Below are positions 15,101 to 26,716 of a stretch of DNA of 64,000 bases, in pieces. Made by a program: the position numbers and the translations under genes. Positions within the stretch are counted from its first letter, which is position 1; each line of letters starts with the position of its first letter. The stretch is from positions 4,898,001 to 4,962,000 of the forward strand of contig OU015568.1 in assembly GCA_907165135.1 (NCBI GenBank), given 5' to 3'. This DNA comes from Oikopleura dioica (lineage: Eukaryota > Animalia > Chordata). The notes beneath the pieces were generated by a model. The model saw only the letters and a program-made list of their open reading frames with translations, did not search any database and was not told where the DNA came from.

Positions 15101-18100
15101 CGAAATTGGAACCCAGATCGGGTTACCCGGTACCAAGTTTGTTGTACCCGGTACCAAAAAAATATCAGGTAACCGATAATTGAAGTTTCGTTACCTTTCA
15201 GCCGCGGGCCGGACACTAGTTTAAAAGTCAATGGAAAATTATGGCTGTTGAATCGAGAACCTCATGATGATGATCTTCTTTCTGATTTTTCGCAAGCATA
15301 ATCGTTGAAAATATTTGCTCGGGTACCTTCTTTACTTTCTATCTTGAAAAGAAACCCGCTCCCCTTGAAGCACTAAATAGCTAGCCTCCGAGTACTAAGG
15401 TCGTCACTTTGCGCAGAAACGCACCAAAAGGATAAGTACTTGATAAGGGCGGAGGAATCTCGGAGGAACACGTTTTAAAATTTTAAAATGTTGTCGCGAT
15501 AAAATTGACTTGGACACGCGCAAAATGCCTTTTTTCTATTTTTTAGTTCAAAATAATTTGAATATAAGAACAGCATAATTTCAATTTTAGAAAAAACGGC
15601 TCTTTGACCCGATTTTTTTCGTTGAAAGAGAAATCTAAGCAGTGGGCTCTAATAACTTCCCGCGTAAAATTTCCCTCCCGCAAAAACATTTTCTTATGGC
15701 AATTTTCATCCTTAGTTATGTCAGCCAACTGAAAGAACATAATTCCTACTGTCTTCGGCAAAGCTTTTTGGCTTCGAAAGAGATGTTTTTCTAGCGGCGT
15801 AAAGCGATTTATGAAAAAAGTGGCTAACGAGTAAATAAGTGACGCGCTTTTTAAAACGAATTTTCTAAAAGGGTGTCATTTCAAGTTCAAAAATGACCCG
15901 CTACGAAAACCAGATTTTCGGAGGACAGACTTCAGAATATCATTCCTCCAGGAATAGAAAAGAAGGCTCCCCTTTTAACGGGCGACACTAGTTATGTCGC
16001 CAAATGTCGCCAAATGTCGCTGAATGTCGCTGAATGTCGGCGAATGTCGGCGAATGTCGCTGAATATCGAAAATTGTCGGCTTATGTCGCCCTTTTTTGC
16101 CTTTTTGACGACATCGACGACAATCAACGACATTTAGCGACATTCAGCGACATTCGGCGGGATTCGGCGACATAACCAGTGTCGTTTTAACGGGAAAATG
16201 CCTGTGAAAGATCCTTTTTTTAACAGAATCATTAAAATTGTCCCTTTCAGATGGACAGTTGACAACAACGCTTCAACAGCAACTGGAGCCATCCTGTCCC
16301 TCCCCTTCAGTCAATCTGCTCGCTGCGAAGTGTTCAATTCCCGCGGCTCCGCTCAAGTCACCTTTTACAGGTAAAAAGAGGCTGGAAATTTGAAAATTAT
16401 GCAAAGTTTAAATTCGTCTTGTTTCTAAAAATGTTTATCAGGGGCGCGGCACCGACATCTGGTCTGTCTTCGGAAGGTTTAATCCGACAAATATACGTCA
16501 AGGAGAGCGGCGATGGTGTTCAGGCGCCGCTTTTTAAAAAACAATTTAAATCACCTGAAAACGGGGTAATAGGGTTATTGACGCACGATTTCAGTTTTGA
16601 AGATTATTCAACGAAAAAAGCTCGAAAATAACTTTTCTTTGAAAAAAATATTAAAAAAAAAAAATTTTTGAAAAGCCGTTGAAAAAGGTCGATTGGTACA
16701 AAAACGATGATGATAATGATGGTGAAAAAATTGAAAACAATGAAATGGAGCTGAGCATATTCGCGCTAAACAACCCAGATTCCAGCACCTGGCAGCTGCA
16801 GCGAGCCAACCCGCCGATATTTTTGAGCGACAAACTTAGGTAAGTAAACTCATTTCAAACTTATCCACGTTTCCGCAGCCAATTTTCATTTTTTTTTTGT
16901 ATAAAAACGTTTTTTTATAGAAGAACCATAATTTTATGATGCATTTTTTCAACTGGTCATTTTTCTTGATTTGAAAATTCGAATAATTTGTAAAGATCGT
17001 AGTTTCATAGATCAAGTTTCTGTTGCCTTCGTTATTCATGAAAACTTAATTAAAAAACCCTATTGAAAAAAAATAAACTGTATTTTTGTGGGCTCTCAGA
17101 AAATATAATTGATCGAGGTGTATTCTATTCCACGTATCCGCAGGTGCAAAAAGGGTCGATAAAAATCGCCAAGGCATTTGGAGGTCGCTGAGGATGATGC
17201 TCGCTTCCTATCAAGTGATAGCCCCTACATACCAAAAGTACACGGGAGAGGCTTGAAGTCCAGCTCACCGGCGCTTGTTAATTAACCGCGCAATTACGTT
17301 GCTCGTGTTCAAGAACTTCCGAATTGAAAAAAACTCAAAAACTTCAAGACCAAATTTTCGACCCTTCTTTTCTTTGAAATTTGAAGAAAAACGTTGTCGC
17401 CTTCGAGAAATTTTCAGTTTATTTGAATCAACTAACCTTTCTACCCGCAGGAGGCAATCGCCAGTGATGATATTCGCCCGCGATCGAGATACCACAGCTG
17501 GAGATAGCATCCTTCTTCCGCAAAAAGGTGAGCAAGCGAAACGTCTAAAAGAAGCTGTACTCATCTAAAAGAGCCTTTTTATTATCAAAAAGGAATAATA
17601 AATTATTATTAATAATTGAATAATAATATGAATAATAAAAGAATTATTTCAGAAAAATATGAGATTAATGAATCTTCATCGACGAAAAGCTTCAAACTAA
17701 CTTTTTTAGGCTTTTTCAGGCCTTTTTTCTTATCGTAGTGACGCCCTTATTTGAACTTGATAATACGAGGATATTTTTTAAGCTAAAAAATCAATATTTT
17801 AATGAAAATTTTGATAAAAACTGATCTTTTCCTGGCTTCTTTATAGTTTTTGAAAATAAGGGTGTCACAGCGCTATTTCTTAAAATCCCGATGACTTGTA
17901 TATTTCGCGAAATTTATGATCAATCGAGTTTTTTGATGCTCTCTCCCCTGAAGCTGAATCAAATCTGAGAAGATTATTTTCAGAGGTGATTAAATCCGCT
18001 GCCGGAAAAATCCTGGAAGCCACGCTGAAAAACTCAAGCTTGCATCTCAAATGGGAGAACAAAAAGTGCGATCTTCGGTCAACCATTCTCATCCAAACTC

Positions 18101-21100
18101 CTTTTTCCGGTCCCATCCACACTTCTTGCAACCAGAATTCCTACGTCATCGATCTTTCCTCCGAAGAATCGAGCAGAAAAATGGGCATCGTGAAAATGAA
18201 AATTTCTTCTGGCGAAACGGTGTGAACGTAATCCGACAGAAACATCCATAAATCCCCTTCTTTAAGAGCCAAGCGTTTACTAATGAGGTGATTTTCTCAC
18301 GCCGGAGCAACACGGAGCAGACGGCGCTGGTTCCAGTCCTGGCCGATCTTTTCTTCGGTAAGCAAAACGCAAAAGAAAATAAATCCCAAATAGCAGCGTC
18401 GAGAGTTGATTACGTACAAGCTCAAAAAACTCGGCAAGTCAACATCCGCTTTGACGAGGGTGCCACTTGAACTAGTTTAGCGCAAAATCGTTTGATCATA
18501 GCCCGCGAGCGAAATACTGTTTCAGACTGTTTTTACGTCAGCAGAAATATTTTTACGAAATCAATTGAACCTGAATTTGGCTATTTTAAGTCTTGGCTTA
18601 GAATTTCAAAGTCAGAAATCGGTGTAAAAAACCTGAGTCAGGTTTTGAAAATCTTAAATGAAAAGCCGCGTAGCGGCTTTTCAAAACACAGCCGCAGAGC
18701 GGCTTCGCAGAAGTTCTATTTCCACCTATTTTGACACTCTGCAGAAGCCGCTTCGCGGCTTTGTTTGAAAAGCCGCTACGCGGCTTTTCACATAAGATTT
18801 TCAGAACCTGAGTCAGGTTTTCTATGCAGGTTTTTTCGCCAAGTTTTCAAGTTTGAAACTTCAAAATTGAAAATTTGAGTTTTGTTTTGAAGAACTTTTC
18901 GTTTCTTTTTTCTTGATTTTATATGAGTAGGAGCGAGAGTAGAGTGATAGAAAGTCTAAAACAGGGTCTCGAAAAATTGGCGGCTAGGCGGCGGCCAGGG
19001 TTGATTCATACTCCGCGCGCCGCCCGCGCTAAGCCACCACGCATTTCTGGAATCCACGCGCTGGTGGCAAAGGTGGCCGCCGCCCTTCGGATTCCACTGG
19101 CGGCCAAACTTCAATCTCGGGTCAAGAATCATCTTTTTTCCTTGAAAAAAAAAGAGATGAGGAAGGATAAAAAAAACGCTTTTTCAGCGAATAACGGCGT
19201 TTGAAAGGATTTTCCCCAGTATACCCGAAAGTTATTTTTGTCAAAGTCGCTCAAATGCTAGAAAATGGAGTCAAGTGATCCTGATCAGGAGGAAAATGTG
19301 CTCAGAGATGTTACAAACTTTGTTAATGATGGGCCACTTCTTTCTCCGAGAGTCGGGCCGCTTATTTCTCCGGCAGTCGAGATTCAAGAGAATGTCCAGC
19401 AGACAGAGACTCCAAGAAAACAGAGAGAGAAAACGAGAAATCGTATCTTGGAATTGCTTGAGGACACAACTAATTGCACAACTCCATTAAAAAAGTAAGG
19501 ATCTACTGTTCAAAGCTAGTTTAAGACTTAGAAGGGCTAGTTTTAGACTCAGAAAGGTTAATTTTCGACTCAGAACGGCTAGTTTTAGACTCAGATTGGC
19601 TAGTTTAAGACTTCTTTTGTTCAATTCCCAAGTTCATGAATATTCTCTAGAACAAAAATCAAACATGACAATGAGCGAGAGTACGACCTTCAACGCTTAT
19701 CCTATATCGAAAATGGCGTCGAAATCACCACGAATTTTGTTCTCTGCGATCATCCAAAGTGTCGTCTGAACCCTGAAAAAGCTCTCTACATTGGTATACG
19801 AAGTGATCGAAAGTCAAAGAACCTCGACCGATGCAGATATGAGAAACATGAATCCCGCAATCACTCGGAACCGGACAAGTTGATATACTTGCTTGCGACA
19901 AAAGCAATTGCAAGGGGCGCCTTGCCTCTTAATCACTTCGAGTCTGAAGAAATGATCGAGCTTATTGCCGCATTAAATCAGAAATGGGCTGACGGCATCT
20001 CCAGCTACTTCATCGCAAAAAACCTCGAGTAAGTCTTCGTTGTGGATCATACAGTTCGTTAATCTGAGACTAACCTTATTATTAGTTCAATGTCCGCCGA
20101 AGTCATCGCTGATATCAAAGTTCTAGCTGCTGATCTCCTGAACAATAATGATGCCTCAATCGTCTGCGATGGCTATGATCATAGATCAGAAAAATTCATG
20201 GGCGTTCTATTAGTTTCATACAATGAAACAACCGAAATTCTGGAGAAATGGCTACTTTCGTTCAAGAAAATCCATTCTGGAACAGACGCGGCCACAAGAG
20301 AACACCTTCGAGATGTGCTTGTAGATTTTGGCATCGAACGATTCTACGATGAAGATGTAAGTAAAGATTTTCTCCTTTCTCAGTCTGAGACTAGTCTTTC
20401 TTAGTCTTAGACTAGCCTTTCTTCGTCTAAGACTAGCCTTTCTTAGTCCAAGACTAGCCTCCAAACTAGTCCAAAACAAAGGCGTGATACTTGACTGTTC
20501 ACATCGCTTCTGCAAGAAATGCATCGAAGAAGGAAGATTAGAAAAACAAGTAATTAATTATCAAAGAATGTGAATTTGAAATTTTTAAGTGTTGCCCATA
20601 TTGTCGCGCAAACCTGTTCTAGTTCAAAAAGAAGAAGATGGAATCAAGCAAATATAGTATTCTCTAATTAACGGCTTAAATAAATTTTCATTTTAATCCT
20701 TCAAAGAAGAAATATTTTTCATTCAAAATTTTGAATTATTTTTCTTTTTTAGTGATCTTTTATTTAAAAATCGGTTTCACAAAAAAAAACTTGGTTTGAT
20801 TTGGTCAGGCGCGGGATGAATCATAAAGTGGCCGCCGAGCCCTGGCGGCCAAGGGAGGCGCGCTCCGAAGAGCTGGAAACCGAAAAAGTATGAATAGGCC
20901 GTGGCCGCTGCGCGGCGTCCAATTTTTCGAGACCCTGGTCTAAAACAATATTCACCCGTTTTGTAGACGCCGAAGCAAAGCTGATCAAGTGGGAGCTAAG
21001 CGACGAAACCGCCGTCGTGTCCTCTTCTTCTGGACTCGTCGGCTTCCGGATCGAGCTCCGCCTCGGCAAAACGATCTACTCGGCTGATCTCTCACGTGAT

Positions 21101-24100
21101 CTGAGGCAGATTAGGAAAAGGGTCACGCCGCGGACAAATCACTCTTCAAATATACAGTTAACTAGAAATCCTAAAAAGGTCAAGAAAAGTTCATTATTGA
21201 TTTTTCAAATCCAATTTTTGTTGATAACCTGTGTATTTAACCTGAGTCAGGATTTGAGAGATCTTTTATGAAAAGCCGCGTAGCGGCTTTTTTAATAACG
21301 AAGCGGTAAAGCGGCTTCGCAAAATAAAACTTGAATTAAATTTCCTGCGAAGCTGCGTTTCGGTTTCGTATTCAGAAAAGCCGCTACGCGGCTTTTCCTA
21401 AAAGATCTTCCAGACCCTGACTTGGGGCGTCAGGAATCGACAAAAAAACTTCGACAAATTTTGCGTTGGCGGCTACTCGCCTTCGGATTGGCCGGTTTGC
21501 CAAATCCAGGCTTCTGATTGGTTGAAATTTTCCATGCAAAATTTGTCGAATTTTTTTCGTCGGTTCCTGACATTTTTCCACTGACTTACAGCTTTTGCTT
21601 ATTTGTGACGAGATAGCGGGGCCTTTGATAGCTGCCCTGAGCCAGCATAATCGAAAATTCTTATCATCCGACCCACAGGTTGAATCATTCTGCATGTCTC
21701 TTATTGGAGTTTATTGCGCGCGCTTCAAATGAACAATGCTGGCGGATTAAAGGAATTTCGATAGAGGTTGCCCAGTCATTGTATCAGCGTTTCCTTATCT
21801 CGTCCCAAATAAGCACAGCCTGTAGCTTTTCTACACAGCTTTTCAAGCCTAAGAAAATTTCGAAATAGAAAAGCAGAGATGATGAGATGAGTAGATTTGA
21901 ATCCCTCTCGTGAACCATTGACTAAGCCCCGATCGCGTGCTCAAAGGAAATCTTGCCGAAATCCGGCAGCGTAAAAGTATCGAGGCCACGTTGATGACCT
22001 TATCTCATGTTGGCACTGGCTCGGCGACGAGCATCCAGTTCAACCCTTCCGGAATCGAGCGCGGCTTTTTTCTCGGCTTTTTCGACGTGAATTCGACTCA
22101 GGCGCGGGTCCGAAGTTGCTTGAAACGTGCTCTAGAAAAGAATCGCTCCAAACGATTATGAAAAAAAGGTTCAAAAAGTTGAGCGAGTCCAGGTGTTGTC
22201 ACCTTTGCTCCAAATTATCCGATCCGATTAGAAACGCTTTTGCTGGACGGCTTTATACCGAGCGGATGAAATTATGTGAACGAGAGGTCACCAGGGGATT
22301 AGGCTTCTGGAATACGCAACTGCTTTTTTTTTGCAAACATCTGAAGTATGGTTAATTTTTGATAACTGCATTGATACTCCCAAAATCCTCATTGTAGTAG
22401 GTCCTTTAAATCGACAAATGAGATCTAAATCTCATGATTCTAGATTCTAGACTCTAGAATCTAGAGAGAAGATAAATCTTAATTCTAGAAATTAAATTTC
22501 CCATATAGAAACCAGAATGAAGTTGTATTTTTATCTTTTATGTTTTTTTTTCTTCGGTTAAATTTCGATAATCATCTTTGATATTAGCTTATTCCGCTGT
22601 CTGGTTCAGGTGGAGTTTAAGTTTACCGATAATAGATTGAGAACATCCTTTCTTTTAAAATTTCGGCCTCGAAAGTCGAAAGGATACCTAAATCAACGAT
22701 CAATATTATCAATGTTTCCTGAAACTTTCGCTTTGAAAATTGCTCTAATACAAAATGCGTCTGAAGTTGAAAGAGAATATCTAAGAAATACTTGACGCGG
22801 TTGACGCGACATTGTACAACTGCGAATACCATTTCACCATTTCGACACCTTCTAAAACTGTCCTCTACATTTTTCCCTCAATTTGATTTTTTTCCTCCAA
22901 AAGAGCAAAACTAGACTTTTTTCTAAAAGCTCGCGCATGCAATTTTTGTGTTATCTTCTCGGGGATCAAAGAAGGAATCGCGAAGCTCGTTAAAATAAGT
23001 GAACAAGTCAGAGATTAAGTTTCTCGAGAAATACAAGAACGAATTGGCGGGGCAGCTTTAGTGATAAGAATTTCTTGAGAGCTGATAAGAAGAGAGAATA
23101 AAAAGCATTTCTAAATTTTGAAAATCGGAAAAAAATTTTGCTGCTTTTTTTTGGCTTAATTTGCATGAAAAAATGGTTTTTCAAAAAAGGGACTTTGTCA
23201 GAACTTGAAGTACTTGTTAAATCGAACCCAAAAATCAAGCACGCTGTGGCGGTCGCCGTTCTCGTTGCCGTTCTAGCGATCGTCGCCATTTGCTTAGCCG
23301 CATTCAAGGGCCGACAAATATGCCGAAAAATGTGTCGAAAAGACAGCGACAGCGCGCAGGTTCGAAAAATTGTACGTCAATGTATTCCAACGTGTCTCTC
23401 TTTCCACCCATTTCAAATGACAAATAGAGTTCTTGATTCTCAAGAAAGGACCCTCCTTGATCATAATTCGTAGCTCTCTAAGTGAGACTCGTTCACAATG
23501 ATAATAACCACTCGTACGATTAAGTGCAATGTTAATAATGACGAATAACGTCAACCCTAACTAAACCCCCTTTTCCATCTTGAATAAAGAAGAATTTCTA
23601 GTGGCCAATCACGGAAGAAATCTTCTCAAAAGTCGAGCGAATTACTCACGGACATCAAACTCCATCTGAACCTTCGAATACCAGGTACACCCTTAATCTT
23701 CCAACGTGACTTTTTCGATCTTTTAATGAAAAGGATCGCGTCATTGATAATAATTTCAGTCAGCCAAGTCTGCCTCCATATGCATCAATCGAATGTGTCA
23801 ATCGTAATGACCACCTTGCCGAGCCATTTTTACTTCCGCCCAAGTATTCTGTTTCGGGGTTTCAACGAACACGTGATCTTTCTTTTCCGATCAATAGAAA
23901 CCCCTTGAAAGTCATGAACAACACCATGCACCAATACTCGACCTTCCAACACCATCAAATTCAAAGCCACCAGCGCCACCAAGACCAAATCAATACCTTT
24001 CTCAGAACCGAACCGCTCAGTCCATTGGAAAGCAGCAGCAGTAAATTCAAGAGCTGCCCAATGATCATTGATGTTCAGACAGGAGCGGATGAAAGAAAAA

Positions 24101-24546
24101 GCACCCTTCGTAAAGAGAACTAAGAGAACGCAAGGGTCAGCATGTTTTCGATGAATTTTATCGTCAATTTAAAAGCCCTCGATAAAAACGTAAAAACTCC
24201 TTATCCCGTCATTATAACATAACCCTCGGCCCCGTTTACCCAATCTTATCTGCCCAGAAAATATGTCCCGGCCGCGTAAAAACCCTCTTTTATCACACCA
24301 AATCCCAATGTGCTTGTTTGCTCATCCTTTAGAAAAGGCTACTGCACGCTTCCTCCACCACCGCCGACGCCGCCAATCAGCAAGAGCGAAGAAGAGGACT
24401 TCTCCGAAAACGACTCGTTTTTGCTCAACAGCACGGCGGAAACGAGTCTAACTCCTGCGAGTCAGAAAATGACGCTCCCGCGATCGGGACCGACGATGGG
24501 AGTGGCAGCGACATGCTTAAGAAGACTCCCTCTTGAAGAAGATTAA
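6165..24546 (+). CDS. Roundabout (Robo)-like Ig-domain/FN3 single-pass receptor, many small exons; 5' end uncertain
   Basis: Ordered exons match Robo motifs: RLNCIASGYPPPEYRWLK (~6958), GTYQCIAENVSGRALSRNITVQSGYIKKRFEKQPKDVE (~8445), AVHFDCQAPKGFP (~9193), GLTILNSSLEDDGKYT (~11930), GRPTSSIECRANGSPTPVVFWELDG (~13478), GIYKCVAESRAGSSTK...RVPPIVKR (~14113). TM AVAVAVLVAVLAIVAICLAAF at ~23241; cytoplasmic LPPPPPTPP (CC2-like) at ~24349. The full exon chain was not resolved. Confidence 0.6.
6689..6830. mobile_element. MITE family C (~145 bp, GTCAGGAA...TTCCTGAC)
   Basis: TIR TCAGGAATCGAC / GGTTCCTGAC and internal GGCGGCTACTCG shared with copies at 13689 and 21429. Confidence 0.7.
8005..8141. mobile_element. 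MITE family B (AGTGACACCCTTATTT ends)
   Basis: Perfect 16-bp TIR AGTGACACCCTTATTT / AAATAAGGGTGTCACT. Relatives at 11048 and 17737 and a half-site near 3778. Confidence 0.7.
8632..8883. repeat. Foldback with ATGTC / GACAT subrepeats
   Basis: Left arm has repeated AAATGTC and right arm repeated GACATTT. Ends ATGTCTCCAGATGTCAACAAAT / ATTTGTCGACATCTGGGACAT. Confidence 0.65.
9388..9630. mobile_element. Family A nested palindrome (element within element)
   Basis: Two nested AAACCTGAGTCAGGGT / CCTGACTCAGGTTT pairs make a ~240-bp imperfect palindrome with a ~20-nt centre. Confidence 0.7.
11048..11198. mobile_element. MITE family B, double-armed palindrome
   Basis: AGTGATACCCTTATTTTC...AATAAGGGTGTA / TACACCCTTATT...GAAAATAAGGGTATCACT. 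Confidence 0.65.
12762..12968. mobile_element. MITE-like inverted-repeat element
   Basis: Ends TGACAAAATAAGGGGGT...ATAAGGCCCTGG / CCAAGGCCTTAT...ACCCCCTTATTTTCGTCA, with a GC-richer interior. Confidence 0.5.
13689..13843. mobile_element. MITE family C copy
   Basis: GTCAGGAACCGAC ... GTTCCGGAC; interior alignable by eye with the 6689 and 21429 copies. Confidence 0.7.
15983..16184. mobile_element. Mutator/Foldback-type MITE with 10-bp TSD
   Basis: TIR CGACACTAGTTATGTCGCC / GGCGACATAACCAGTGTCG with 10-bp AATGTCGCYG subrepeats. Exact direct repeat TTTTAACGGG at 15973-15982 and 16185-16194. Confidence 0.85.
17737..17869. mobile_element. MITE family B copy
   Basis: AGTGACGCCCTTATTT / AAATAAGGGTGTCACA. 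Confidence 0.65.
18623..18832. mobile_element. Foldback/MITE family A copy with four hairpins
   Basis: AAAACCTGAGTCAGG ends with the same inverted hairpin pairs as at 1531. Confidence 0.75.
19265..20356 (+). pseudogene. hAT transposase N-terminal fragment (3 in-frame exons)
   Basis: Exons 19265-19494, 19651-~20027 and ~20085-20356 join in frame across GT-AG introns. BED-like CDHPKC...HESRNH, LPLNHFESEEMIELI (hAT LPF..VE-like) and ASIVCDGY (first catalytic Asp region). The rest of the DDE domain is absent. Confidence 0.7.
20482..20622 (+). pseudogene. RING-HC finger C-terminal exons inside the hAT element
   Basis: VILDCSHRFCKKCIEEGRLEKQ | CCPYCRANLF* across an in-frame 40-bp GT-AG intron (20550-20589). 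Gives C-x-H-x2-C-x2-C...C-x2-C; the first CxxC is missing. Confidence 0.7.
21226..21427. mobile_element. Foldback/MITE family A copy
   Basis: AACCTGTGTATTTAACCTGAGTCAGG ... ACCCTGACTTGG with GTA/TAC hairpins; abuts a family C copy. Confidence 0.7.
21429..21572. mobile_element. MITE family C copy
   Basis: GTCAGGAATCGAC / GTCGGTTCCTGAC. Confidence 0.75.
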
Positions 24547-24785
24547 AATGAGTGACATGGCTTTTCTGTCTTCTTAACTTCCGGCAAAGATGAAAGATCG
24601 CTTTCTAGCTCACTGTTTCTTGGACCGGATTTAACATTTTCTACATACGTGGCAGATTTTCTGTATAAATTATTTTCATACGCGAAAGCTAAGATCTGTA
24701 AATAAAATCATTCAAAAAAGAGCGTCAAAGAACTGAAATCAAGGAAGAGTATGTTGAAAAAAAAAGATCAAAAACAACCATTTAA

Positions 24786-25183
24786 GGGGGTGGTGGTCGA
24801 GAATTAGGATTTTTCAACCTAAAAAACGCATTTTTTTCGAAAAATTTTTTTCTTGTTCTCAATCCAAACAAGTTAGAAAGGGTTGAAATTGTGTGGGCGG
24901 CTTAGTTTTAGAAAAAAATTTCAATGGAAAAATGACGAAATCGAGCGTCAAAGTCGAACTGAAATCGTAGTTTTTAGCAATTTTTTAGTTGACATTTTCC
25001 GATTTTTGGTCATTTTTGACCTTTTATTGAAGCCGATTCTCCTGTTACGTGATTTAAACGCTAGAAATAGATTGTTCGAGAAAAAAGTACATGTTACATG
25101 TAACATGTATGTTATTTCATTGAATAACTGTAAGTTAAAGCCGAAAATTAAAAATCATTTTATAATTCTCGACCACCACCCCC
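24786..25183. mobile_element. TTAA-flanked MITE (Kolobok-like RR..YY ends)
   Basis: Perfect 21-bp TIR GGGGGTGGTGGTCGAGAATTA, with TTAA on both sides. Confidence 0.8.
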
Positions 25184-25308
25184 TTAAAAAAAAACCGGAA
25201 ATCAGAGAGATGAAAATCGAACCAAAGGGCAAAGGTAATATTTGACCAATGACTTTTCTTCCGTCCGAGTTGGAAGAATTTCAATAGAGCCCTCGGCAAT
25301 CGAGAAAA

Positions 25309-26425
25309 ATGACGGTTCCTGAGGTCAATATTCGAAAATTGAGGCATGAAGATTTAGGTAAAAGAAAATAGTCATTTTTCGATAAGAATTCGAGCTAGTA
25401 AAATATCACAAATTATCTGATGATGAAGTCTGGAATGTCGGAATGGACGTTTACGAGAAAATGTTTGAAATTTCCCCAGATGGCTTCTACTGCGCGGAAA
25501 ACAAGGAGACAAAAGAAGTGGTCAGTTTCTGCGGAGGAGTTGACATTGGAGACAAACGGGCTGTTATCGTTTCGTTTATTACGGAGCCGAAATTGAGGGG
25601 ACAAGGAATTGGGTCAAAGGTCATCAAGAAGATCTTGGAGCATTACGAAGGATATGAGATTATTGTCAATTCTGCTGTTGGAAGGTGAGTTATTGATGAA
25701 AAAATCCATTCATTCTTCTTCAAGAGAGCCGATGTACGAGCGATTCGGAATGGCAAAGTTTCTTTACCAAACAAACCAGCTCATTTGCCGACCAAAGTCT
25801 CTCGAAAAACAAGCTATCTCTTTCAACATCTTTCCTCTTGAAAACATAGAGGATATTTACCCACTCGATGAAGCAGTCACCGGATCTGATAGAAAGCAAA
25901 TCTTGAAGTGGTTCTTTGAGACTTCTGATAAGAGTTTCTTCTCGAAAAATGAGCAAGGGGAGATTGATGGTTATACAATGGGTAATTCAAGAGTATTGGG
26001 TAGTAGTTACTGAGAATTCTAGTGCGAAAAACGCCCCTGGGAATCTCACTCAGTCCCTGTTATGCTCGATCAGAAAATGCACTGAGAGGATTGATTGAAA
26101 AAGTCATCTCAATCTATCCAAATTCCGATGCTCAGATCTGCCTGCCTATCGACAATAAGGACTCTCTCAAGGTCATAGCTAAAATGACTACCCTCTTTTG
26201 ATAAATATTCAGATTTTAGAGCAATACTTTTTTGTCAAAATTTCATCCTGCTGCTTTCCAAAAGATGCTCCTGAAGATTTGACAGTGAGTTTGCCGAACA
26301 CATGGCTTGGGTAAGCTTAACCATTGTTTTTTGTTTTTTATAAATGTTAAAGCTCGAAGCAAGATTTGAAGTTCGAAAAATCATCGGTCATTTCTATTTT
26401 GGACTTTCATTTTGGCGTCTGCTAA
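25309..26425 (+). CDS. GNAT-family N-acetyltransferase with a probable second degenerate GNAT-like domain; 6 exons
   Basis: Motif A ITEPKLRGQGIGSKVI. Five GT-AG introns keep frame from MTVPEVNIRKL to ...LDFHFGVC*. Confidence 0.8.
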
Positions 26426-26716
26426 ATAAACGTTCTTTCTCGCAGAAAGAATGACTATTGATTCAATAGTATTGAACTAGAAATAAAAAATAAAACTTAT
26501 TTGACTCGAAATGATTTTTTTTTCAAATTGACTTTATTCGTTTTGATAATGTTATAAGTAAGCAGGCGTAAAAACTGAGAAATATTATGAAGAAAACTGT
26601 TCTCTGCTAAAATTAAGCTTTAAGCAAAGCCAGATGAAAAACTTCAAAAGATCAGAAAAGATACAATGTTAATAATGATATATAATGGAGAATATATATA
26701 ATAGTCGTTAATAATA

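Larger units (their letters stand above)
18962..20937 (+). mobile_element. hAT DNA transposon, internally deleted, inside a Robo-like intron
   Basis: Perfect 19-bp TIR CAGGGTCTCGAAAAATTGG / CCAATTTTTCGAGACCCTG. Exact 8-bp TSD GTCTAAAA (18954-18961, 20938-20945). GC-rich GGCGGCC subterminal repeats. Confidence 0.92.

Noticed and set aside
1580-21400. Rho-independent terminators (GC hairpins flanked by A/T runs)
   Set aside because: They lie within a dispersed repeat in a spliceosomal-intron genome, so a bacterial terminator function is not applicable.
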